A stretch of 64,000 nucleotides of DNA from Amoebidium appalachense (taxonomy: Eukaryota; Protista; Ichthyosporea), in the NCBI GenBank assembly GCA_963693365.1, contig CAVNZM010000022.1, forward strand, positions 1-64,000, read 5' to 3'. The stretch's first letter is position 1. Each line of letters opens with the position of its first letter. The position numbers and the translations under genes are program-made. The notes under the pieces were generated by a model. That model saw nothing but the letters and a program-made list of their open reading frames with translations, was not told the origin of the DNA and made no database searches. Of the stretch, positions 42,724 through 51,575 are shown piece by piece.

Positions 42724-43403
42724 CGTGCTTGTGTGGCGTGTTGTGTGGCTAGTGGCTAGAACGTGGCCAGATCCGAGAGCCAATCAAATCGCGCCATTGG
42801 GTCCTCTGTGGCTAGTGTGGCTACTTTTTCTCTCTGTGGCTAGTGTGGCTAGTGAAATAAATCGGCGGCGGGGGTGGTCTTTGGAGGCTTTTGATTGGTC
42901 GTTGCTAGGGAGATCTCTGGTTTGGGTGTGAGTCGGAAAGAAGTGGACACAGTAGCCACAATAGCCACGCGGTTGGGGTAGCTGGGTAGGCAGGTCGTAG
43001 GTAATTTTTACACTGGAAATATTTTTGCCCTTTCTATTTTTTTCTAAAAGTAAGTTACTACTCTTTCGACCTTACTACCACTAAGTAAACGAACAACCCA
43101 AGCAAATAATTTATACTAAAACCCATTTTGGTGTGTGTTGGGGTCGCTACTTGTCGTAAGATCCCCATGGCTATGCAAGTGAACCGAGAAGGTCTTGCCA
43201 GGACACAGGAGCTCCCCGCAGCGTGGCCGGGAGGGGCTTGGGGGGCACGCGAGGCATGCACGGCCGGTGAGGCACGGAAGGCACGGCGGGCTCGCAGGCG
43301 GCACGAGGCACGCGTGCCACGCATGCCACCCGAGGCCCCAGGCCCCCAGGCGGCGCGGATGGGTGACCGAGGACGACCGATATGGACACGAGTCGGGGTG
43401 GGT

Positions 43404-44315
43404 TTATTGACGTGCCGCGGCGGCCCAGGTAGCAAACGCCGTGCGGCCATCCGCAAGCGCCTGCGCGACCTTCCCGGGGTCGACGTCCATGGGCGACGCA
43501 AACAGCCTCCGCTCCGGAGCGACCACCACGAGGCGATCTCCGAGGCGGGTGCGGAGGTTGGCGAACTCGGTGGCCGCCAGCTCGGTGCCCGAGTCACGCT
43601 GCAGCGCATAGCAGAGCTCCATGCCCGTTTTTGGCACGGATTCTGCGGGGCAGTGCGCCAGCGAGTCGCACAGCACCGTGACGTAGATGCCGTCGAACCC
43701 ATCTGCGGCATCCTCGAGTGCCTTGGTGAGGGGCACCAGCTCCGAGACGCCGCCGTCCAGAAACACGGTGCCGCCGTACTCGACGGGGGGGACCGCGAGT
43801 GGAAGGGCCGAAGACGCGCGCATGCCGACCTGGTACTCGGGCCCTGTGAACCACCGCTCCTTCTTGTTGAGGAAGTCCCAGGCGACGCAGTGGCAGCGCG
43901 TGTAGATGTCCGCGTCGATGCCCTCCAGAAGCGCCGCCGCACGCTCCTGCAGGGTGAAGCGGCTGTACGCCGCCCCGTACAGCATTGACCCGACCACCGT
44001 CCTCCAGGTTTTCGGAAGCAGCGCCATTGCGCCACCCCACGGTTCCACAATGTCCTCCACGCACTTCAGCTCCCCCAGCTCGCGCGCCAGGTCGTCCAGG
44101 CGGTCGGCAACCACGAACGGCGCCACCAGCGCGCCGACGGACGTGCCGTACACCCTGTCGACCCGGTACAGCCCCGACGCGAGCATCCCCTGCATGAACC
44201 CGACTTGGAAGCAGCCCTTGACGCCGCCCCCGGGCAGCAGGATCCGCACACGTGTCCTGGCTTGGGAGGGTGTGCCCATGTTGATGTAGGGCGCGATAAA
44301 AGTCGACGGCTTCAT
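43404..44315 (-). CDS. Patatin-like phospholipase
   Basis: PGGGVKG oxyanion motif, GTSVG nucleophile, SSALP, DGG catalytic motif. Confidence 0.92.
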   Translation of the reverse strand: MKPSTFIAPYINMGTPSQARTRVRILLPGGGVKGCFQVGFMQGMLASGLYRVDRVYGTSVGALVAPFVVADRLDDLARELGELKCVEDIVEPWGGAMALLPKTWRTVVGSMLYGAAYSRFTLQERAAALLEGIDADIYTRCHCVAWDFLNKKERWFTGPEYQVGMRASSALPLAVPPVEYGGTVFLDGGVSELVPLTKALEDAADGFDGIYVTVLCDSLAHCPAESVPKTGMELCYALQRDSGTELAATEFANLRTRLGDRLVVVAPERRLFASPMDVDPGKVAQALADGRTAFATWAAAARQ

Positions 44316-45109
44316 TCCAAATCCAGGGCGTTGCACACGGAGACCAGGTTCGCCCTTGCGCAGTCCAGCACGAAGGCGGCCAGCGCGGAGTAGTCGTGGG
44401 GCGGCGGCTGGCTCTGCGCGGCCAGCAGCAGCGCGAGGTACCGGTCGCGGGACCTGCCGTCTGTGTACAACGAGAGGGGAACGGCGATGTAGCGCGAGAG
44501 CAGCACGCTGACCAACAGGCGGGCCACGCGCCCGTTGCCGTTGCTGAAGGGGTGGATGTAGAGGAACTCCCCGAGGAAGTGCGCGGCGACGTGGATGGCG
44601 CCGAGGACGCCGTCGCAGGCTTGGATTGCGGTGCGCGTTCTTTCGAACAAGCGGTCCAGCGCGTCTTCGATCTTGAACGGCGCGAGGTACTGATGGCTGC
44701 AGCCGGCGGGAAGCGCGAAGCGCACCCGGTACTGGCCGGGGTTGTCGAGCAGCCCGTCCATGACCTTGCGATGGACCTCCCTCGCCAGCGCTGCCGTGAA
44801 CGTGCGCGCATCGACCCCCGTCCAGACCCACGGCGTGGGAAACAGTTCCCGGACTGCGACGACGAGGTTTCCGAGTTTCTTCGAGAACCGTGTGTGTTCG
44901 GAAACTTCACTGGGGCGCGAGAGCATACTCTCGATGTCTTCGGCTGGCACCTTTTCGTTTGTTTCCAGCTCCATAATCTGCTTGACGTACAACACCAGGT
45001 GGTGGCCTGTGTACCCGCGCATGAACAACTCGCTGTCCTCGTGGTTGGCCAGAAAGGTGTGCACCAGGTCAAGGCACCGCACAACCACGCCTTCGCCGAG
45101 ATCAGGCAT
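44312..45109 (-). CDS. Fic/Doc domain protein
   Basis: FLYIHPFSNGNGRVARLL. Confidence 0.92.
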   Translation of the reverse strand: MPDLGEGVVVRCLDLVHTFLANHEDSELFMRGYTGHHLVLYVKQIMELETNEKVPAEDIESMLSRPSEVSEHTRFSKKLGNLVVAVRELFPTPWVWTGVDARTFTAALAREVHRKVMDGLLDNPGQYRVRFALPAGCSHQYLAPFKIEDALDRLFERTRTAIQACDGVLGAIHVAAHFLGEFLYIHPFSNGNGRVARLLVSVLLSRYIAVPLSLYTDGRSRDRYLALLLAAQSQPPPHDYSALAAFVLDCARANLVSVCNALDLE

Positions 45110-45617
45110 CACTTGTCTCTACACCGAGAGAAAAAACAGACATGTGCAACATGTTTCAATGTTTGAAATCCCCACGACGCGGGCATGCACGGCCGGCCGG
45201 GAGGGGCGGGGCGGGGGCGGGGCACACAGGCCCGGCCCGGGAGGCAGGCGTGGCGCGTGCGCTGGGGAGAAACGCGGGCACCCCCAGCCACCCCAGCCCC
45301 CCACCGGGAACCAGCAGTCAACTCGGGGTTGGTTTGGGGTGTGTTGATTGGCCATTGTGAGTGCAGCGCCTGCTCCCTCCACAGCCAATGAGCGTTGAGT
45401 GCCTTAGATCAGTTGTGTCCGATTGGAGAACATGTACAGCGGTGTAGGGCCGAATTGGGGATTTTGATTGGCGTCAGGTGAGAGCCCGGGACCGCCGCAG
45501 CCAATGGGAGACGACGGGACCACCCAACGGCTCGGCACAAGGGTACATAAGCACAGACGGTGTTGTCAAAAGCACACTCTTGCTGCAGCGTGACAGTGGG
45601 CTTTTGGAATTGCCAAC

Positions 45618-46646
45618 ATGACGCACATTGAGCGTATTCACATTCTCGGTAAGGACCGCGAGCCCCGGTTCGCCTACCAACCGGAGCTGTTCTACACGCT
45701 GCACCTGCACCCCGAGGCGCCTGGCTCGATCCGCATGGGCACCGCCGCGATCTTCAGCACGAAGACAGGGGAGGAGAGGGTGTGGCCGGTCGACGTCATC
45801 CTCTCCGGGCCGGTACCGCGGCAGTTTGTCGACGAGGAGGGGCGGTGGACCCAGCGGGACAGTTACACACCTCCCGACCCCCGCTTCGAAGGGCGTGGCA
45901 GCGCGGTGTGGCGTGCACTGTACGACGAGCTCCAGGCGCCGGCGCTGCGCAGCCTCATCCCCGACGACACGGGCCTCGGGTTTCTCCTCCGCAAGTGCCC
46001 CCACCCCGACTTCGACGATGTGGACAACGACAACGACGAGGTGATCACCGTCGAGGAGACGGAGCACGTCTGGGGTGTGAGGCTTGGGCAGGCGGTGGCG
46101 GCTCCGACCGTGGTTCGGCCGCTCCACCAGGTCGTCGAGAGCGCGACGGTCCGCGCGGCGCCGGTGCCGGACGAGCAGTGTTCCCTGTACGCATTGAACA
46201 CGTTGGCCAGCGACGAGGAGGCCAGGACGGTAGAAATGTTTGAGGTCTGGCCGGTGCTCCATTGTGGGCAGCCCGCGCTGCGCCTGGGTCTCTACTACCT
46301 GCTGGCCGAGCTGAAGCTGGCCGAGCGCTTTGTGCCCCTGGACGTCATCGTCCAAGGCGACTGGGTCGAGGCCAAGATCGACGAGCACGGGACGTGGAGG
46401 GCCGGAGCGGTGGTTGGGCGAAGGGCGGTGGGCAGCGAGGATGCGTTCTACCTCCAGATTTACATTGCGCTCGGCCGGCACTTCGGGTTGGGGGTGCTGT
46501 CGCGGCAGATGCTGGGAATGGATGCTACCAGGACGGAGGTGCTTCGTATTGCACCACGCAGAGTGTACGAGCTGGATTATGACGTGGACACCGTGGACTT
46601 CGAAGTCCCGTTCGAGGGCCACGCGTTTATGCATGCATTTTCGTGA
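45618..46646 (+). CDS. Hypothetical protein
   Basis: 342-aa GC3-rich ORF after a CCAAT-rich promoter. Confidence 0.7.
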   Translation: MTHIERIHILGKDREPRFAYQPELFYTLHLHPEAPGSIRMGTAAIFSTKTGEERVWPVDVILSGPVPRQFVDEEGRWTQRDSYTPPDPRFEGRGSAVWRALYDELQAPALRSLIPDDTGLGFLLRKCPHPDFDDVDNDNDEVITVEETEHVWGVRLGQAVAAPTVVRPLHQVVESATVRAAPVPDEQCSLYALNTLASDEEARTVEMFEVWPVLHCGQPALRLGLYYLLAELKLAERFVPLDVIVQGDWVEAKIDEHGTWRAGAVVGRRAVGSEDAFYLQIYIALGRHFGLGVLSRQMLGMDATRTEVLRIAPRRVYELDYDVDTVDFEVPFEGHAFMHAFS

Positions 46647-46677
46647 CAGACGGGTGAACCTGGCGAACTTGGTGATT

Positions 46678-46816
46678 GGTTGCGCATATGTGAGCCTAAA
46701 CCCTAAGGGTTGTGTGGGGGGTGGGGGTGGGTGTGTATTTGCGTTGGTTGCGCATATGTGAGCCTAAACCCTAAGGGTTGTGTGGGGGGTGGGGGTGGGT
46801 GTGTATTTGCGTTGGT
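46678..46816. repeat. Tandem duplication of about 68 bp containing CCTAAACCCTAA
   Basis: GGTTGCGCATATGTGAGCCTAAACCCTAAGGGTTGTGTGGGGGGTGGGGGTGGGTGTGTATTTGCGTT occurs twice. Confidence 0.85.
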
Positions 46817-47084
46817 CATTTGCCCACAGGATGGGTCAAAACGCGCAGCGCGCAAATAAACCACAAAAACACACGAGCGCGCCCCACCGTGTGGCCCGCG
46901 AGGCCTGGGAGGCCCGCCCGCCCGGCGAGCCACGCGTGCCACGCGTGCCACGCATGCCCCCACGCCCCGCCCCGGCGCGGGGAATTTTCACGCGGGGTTT
47001 TGGGCAGCCACCCACCAATATGACCGATGGCCATTTTGGTTGTGTGTGCGCCTCCGCCGCTTCCGATTTTGTAGTCGAGGAGCA

Positions 47085-48558
47085 ATGAGTTCACGCCCGC
47101 GCGGCAGACCCCCGAAACGCGCCAGAACCGAGGAACCGGAGGACGATGACCCGCTCACCTCATGGTTCTCTGGGATTTGGCAGCTGACCGCCGACCGTGC
47201 AAGGGACCGTGCGGACGCGGTGGGGGCTTCAAGCATGTTGACACCGGAGCAAAGGGACGCGCTGTACAAGGACTACATGACCAACTGCGATATCTTTGCC
47301 AGTATCCACAACGACGTAGAAAACCGCGAGATCACGACCCCAATCAGACAGATCGTCTTCCCGCCCGACGGTGACGGCCTCGAGCCACGCGACGAGGACC
47401 TGGCAGAGTTTATGAACATTAATGGGCTGAAGGAGGCGAAGCAGAAGCTTTTTGAAACCGTTATTGTTCCACGATTTGTGCCCGAACTGTTCCGCAGCCT
47501 GCGAACGCCTGGGCGGGGAATTCTGATGTTTGGTCCACCCGGGACCGGCAAGACGTTTATTGCGAGCAAGTTGGCGCAGGTGGGCAGGTCGACGTTTATG
47601 AACGTGTCGTCGGCTGTGCTCAACTCAAAGTGGGAGGGCAACTCGGAGAAGGCGGTGCAGGCGGTGTTTTCGCTCGCAAGGTGCCTGCGTCCCACTGTCA
47701 TGTTTCTGGACGAGGCCGAGTCGATACTGGGCTCCCGAAACCGCAACAGTGCGAGCGGGTCGGGCAACTCGTACAAGATCACAAACCAGTTTCTTTCGGA
47801 GTACGACGGGCTGCGCAAGAGCAATGACCATATGCTGTATGTGGCCGCGACAAACCTGCCGTTCGACCTTGACCGGGCGATTCTGAGGCGATTTCCCATT
47901 CGCGTGTTTGTTGACCTGCCGCTACCGATCGACATCCTCGAACTGATATTGGAAAAACTGGACGAATTCCAAGCGGAGTATCCCCTGAGCGTCGACCCAA
48001 CGCTGCTAGTAGTTAATGACGGGGTTCACACCCCGCGAGAGGCCCTGCAGAAGTTGGCGTACTGGATGTTTCTCAAGTCGTATTCCACATCGGACATCCT
48101 CAATCTAATCAAGCAGGCTGCGACGGTGCCAATGTCTGCGCATTCGGGAGATTTTTCAGTCACCCTCGGGCACAGGCAGCTTTGCCGGAGAGCTCAAAGG
48201 GCTGATCGAAAGACAGCCCAAGCCACTGGCAGTGCGGGATTTCCTGTCGGCGGCAAATACTGTTCTCCCCGCGTTTACAAAGTTTGACGATGACATGGCA
48301 TACACCGCGGACTACATCGAGCTATTTGCATTCAAGATCAATATTGAATGGCGGCGCGGCGAAACGATGCCCCCTGGGTTTGCACACGCACTCCAACAGC
48401 ACAGGGATGCGGAGCTGAACCCAACCAGCTTGTGGGGACCCGAGGTTCCGACATGGTACGTCCACGACGTCCGCGAGGGCAAGGATTACGCCCTTGGTCG
48501 TTACTACCAGGAGCAGGTGCTGCCGGAATTGGATATTGTGCTCGTCGACGGCGATTGA
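47085..48558 (+). CDS. Spastin/katanin/Vps4-family AAA ATPase with a frameshift near 48140
   Basis: GILMFGPPGTGKT, SKWEGNSEK, FLDEAES, AATNLPFDLDRAILRRF; the shifted frame continues IREIF...KPLAVRDFLSAA into ORF 48232-48558. Confidence 0.85.
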
Positions 48559-48831
48559 ACCCGGGTGTGTATTTTGGTAAGCAATTGGCAATCGATCAAT
48601 GTGATCGATCGATAGCCATTCTGGTTGTGTGTGTGTGTGCCGTAACCCGCAGCCTGCAATCGGTCAATGTGACCGGTTGTCATTTTGCTAGGCACTGGGG
48701 TACTTGGCAGCCAAATGCCTCAAATTGAGGCCTTTGAAATGGTTAACCAGTGAAGTGGATGTGTTGCACCCTCCCGCTGGCCGGGTACAAAAGGCGCCGC
48801 GCGCAAAATAAAATCGCAGTCTTACTCTGAA

Positions 48832-50223
48832 ATGACTTCAAACACGTCTCCCCCACCCTCTTACTCTCCCACCCCTCTTGGCCCCGACTGGCGCCCGCCC
48901 GCGGGCCACGAGTCGCGCGTGGACACGTCGTCGGTGCCCGCGTGGCCCGGCGTGCGCCCGTTCTTCGCGCCGGACGGGGAGAAGGTGCTGACGTACCTGA
49001 CGAAGTTCGACGGGCACGTGTTCTTCAACGCGGGGTACTCCGCGTCGCTAGGGAGCAAGGAGGCGGGCGGAACATGGAAGAATCCTGTTAATTGGGTTAG
49101 GCATAATCAGGACACGGTTGATCGGGTGTTGGAGTTGACTCGGATGAATGTGGAGACGATGGATCTGGAAGGAGGGAACTTGGACGTGGCTCCAAGTTCG
49201 TCCCGGGTGCTTGTTCAAAGCGCGTTTTCGCGGATCAAGAAGCTACCCGCAATATCCCACACCGATGGCTCTGTCGCCTACGCCTTCGCAACGCATGGTC
49301 TGATACCCGCCATCGAGATGTACCGCGGGACCTGGTTCGCGTTCGAGCTGACCGCGCCGTTTCTGCGCTACTGCTTTCCCGCGCTGCGGGACTTCTGGGA
49401 CAACGTGATGGTCAAGTCGCACCTGGGCCAGATGGACTACTTCGCGGACCTGGTGCGCATCGCCGACCAAGGACGCGGCGACGGGGCCAAGACCAAGTCC
49501 GTGCACATCGACATGGAGGCCGCGGACGCGGAGGGCCCGCGCGCGGGCAAGCGTGAGCGCGAAGACGACGGGGAGCAGCAGGTGGCCAAGCGCAACCCGC
49601 TGGACGCGATGCTGGAACCGGGCAACTGGTTCAAGCCGGGAGTGGATTTCGACACCGCGCTCGAGCAACTCAACAAGTTCATCACCACCGCGCACCGCGA
49701 CATCTGCACCAACTACTGCCCCGAGGCACTCGCGGCGGTCAGGCGCGCGGAAGAGGTGGAGCGACAGGAGCGTGCCAAGCAGGACACGATCCAGCGGGGC
49801 ATCGACTCAACGCTGGCGATGGTGAAGGCAGTGCGCGAGATGAAGGCCGAGCTCAAGGGGCTTGACGTGCACTTTGTGGCGTGGAGGCAGCTGAACTTCG
49901 AGTGGTCGCTCAAAGCCGCGGCCGGCGCGTGCGTGTACGCGCTGCACATCGACGGCTACGTGAAGATCGGGCACACGGGCAACTCCCTGTTCCAGCGCTA
50001 CAAGCACGACCTGTGGTCGCATGACATGAAGGAGCTTATAATCGTGTGCATGCCACACCGCAACAAGAACGAGGCGGAGCAGTTCGAGAAGCTGGTGCAG
50101 AACCAGCTCAAACAGGTGCGGGTAATGGTGGGCAACAAGCGCGAGATGTTCGCGGCGGACTACGTGCGCGTGTCAAACGCGTTCAAGGAGGTGTACGGGG
50201 ACGACGACATCCGCTTTGTCTGA
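48832..50223 (+). CDS. KilA-N-like + C-terminal T5orf172/MUG113 (GIY-YIG-like) protein
   Basis: FFNAG...PVNWVR...YRGTWF at the N-terminus; CVYAL...VKIGHT...QRY...E..V...L...REMF at the C-terminus. Confidence 0.75.
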   Translation: MTSNTSPPPSYSPTPLGPDWRPPAGHESRVDTSSVPAWPGVRPFFAPDGEKVLTYLTKFDGHVFFNAGYSASLGSKEAGGTWKNPVNWVRHNQDTVDRVLELTRMNVETMDLEGGNLDVAPSSSRVLVQSAFSRIKKLPAISHTDGSVAYAFATHGLIPAIEMYRGTWFAFELTAPFLRYCFPALRDFWDNVMVKSHLGQMDYFADLVRIADQGRGDGAKTKSVHIDMEAADAEGPRAGKREREDDGEQQVAKRNPLDAMLEPGNWFKPGVDFDTALEQLNKFITTAHRDICTNYCPEALAAVRRAEEVERQERAKQDTIQRGIDSTLAMVKAVREMKAELKGLDVHFVAWRQLNFEWSLKAAAGACVYALHIDGYVKIGHTGNSLFQRYKHDLWSHDMKELIIVCMPHRNKNEAEQFEKLVQNQLKQVRVMVGNKREMFAADYVRVSNAFKEVYGDDDIRFV

Positions 50224-50420
50224 TTCTGGATGTATCTGGATGTCCGTGAACCAGTCACGGACTTCTGTGTTCACGAACCGCACCTATAAAACCGTCTACT
50301 TCGCATCATCTTTGAAGATCACGAATCACTCAAGCAATCACTCAAGATGAGTGATTGCCAGTTGGTTTGCATCCAAATTGCGCATATAAAAACCCGACTC
50401 GCACGAGAGATGTCCGCAGA

Positions 50421-51077
50421 ATGGACTTCATCACTCGCATCCAACAGCACGAAGTGCCGTACCCGCAGGGCAGCGCGGCGTGGCTGCGCGCGCGCGCATG
50501 CATGCTCACGGCCTCGGACGTGGGCGCCGCGCTGGGTGTGAATCCCTATGAGTCCCGCCGCGAGTTGATCGAGCACAAGTCCGGGCTGAAGCGGCGGGTC
50601 GTGGACCCCGTGTTCGTGGCATTCGGACACAAGCACGAGGCCAACGCGGCGGACGCGTACATGCGCGCGACGGGGCGCTCGTGCATCGAGCTGGGGCTGA
50701 TCCGGCACGCGGAGCACCGGTGGCTGGGGGCGAGCCCGGACCGGGTGACGCTGTGCGGGCGCGCGGTGGAGATCAAGGTGCCGTACAAGCGCAAGTTCAT
50801 GGACGGACAGCCGATCCCCGAGCACTATGTGGCGCAGGTGCAGACACAGCTGTTTGTGCTGGGGCTGGAGGTCGCGGACTTTGTGCAGTTCGACCCGCGC
50901 GACGGGTCGCTGCGGATCGACGAGATCCCGCGGGACAAGGAGTGGTGGGCCAAGCACGGCAAGACATTAATGAGTTTTCAGGCCAAAGTGTTAGACATAC
51001 GCGCAGACCACGAGCTGCAGGGATGGGAGACAGAGGACCAAGACACGGCGATTTGTCACATTCCCGACTTTATATAA
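50421..51077 (+). CDS. YqaJ-like viral recombinase (lambda-type exonuclease)
   Basis: QGSAAWLRAR...LTASD...FG..HE...WLGASPD...EIKVP...HYVAQVQTQL...DFVQF. Confidence 0.93.
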   Translation: MDFITRIQQHEVPYPQGSAAWLRARACMLTASDVGAALGVNPYESRRELIEHKSGLKRRVVDPVFVAFGHKHEANAADAYMRATGRSCIELGLIRHAEHRWLGASPDRVTLCGRAVEIKVPYKRKFMDGQPIPEHYVAQVQTQLFVLGLEVADFVQFDPRDGSLRIDEIPRDKEWWAKHGKTLMSFQAKVLDIRADHELQGWETEDQDTAICHIPDFI

Positions 51078-51336
51078 CTTGCACGGCGATGTGTGTAGAT
51101 GGACACAGTCCACCGACTACACCCCAGCCCCGGCCATCAGTCGCAGTAGCGGCATCGGCAGTATATATACGACAAAGGGGTGTACGGTAAGATAGAGCAT
51201 CAACAGGTACCGCTTTATCAATTTGAAATTTTGTTTTTTTGTGCAAGTGTGCTGGTCCGGGTGGCCAGGTGCCTGTATGGTGGGTGAAAACGGATCCAGT
51301 GACACCATGACTGCTTTATGGTTAATATATTATACA

Positions 51337-51573
51337 ATGAAGCCCAAGTATGTCAAGGGACGGTACTGTAGAAGAGACAAACGGATCTACCGCCGAAAGC
51401 TCCGAAACGCACGAAAAAAGTACAAAGTCCAAAAGAAACATCTAAAACGCATATGGGAACCATCCTATCGTGTACTTGACTATGTGACCGGCATACCGAC
51501 CATGACAACCAAAAACGGGTGGGACATCACAAGCTACGAGTACCCCCTACACTACAACATTTCCCGTGTGTAA
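51337..51573 (+). CDS. Small basic protein
   Basis: K/R-rich 78-aa ORF in an AT-richer segment. Confidence 0.4.
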   Translation: MKPKYVKGRYCRRDKRIYRRKLRNARKKYKVQKKHLKRIWEPSYRVLDYVTGIPTMTTKNGWDITSYEYPLHYNISRV

Positions 51574-51575
51574 GT

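Noticed and set aside
43404-44831. 475-aa Fic-patatin fusion ORF
   Set aside because: The N-terminal extension is an off-frame reading of the Fic gene; the two domains are in different frames.
50334-50358. 11-bp hairpin upstream of the YqaJ gene as a terminator
   Set aside because: No U-tract follows, and the context is eukaryotic; function unsupported.
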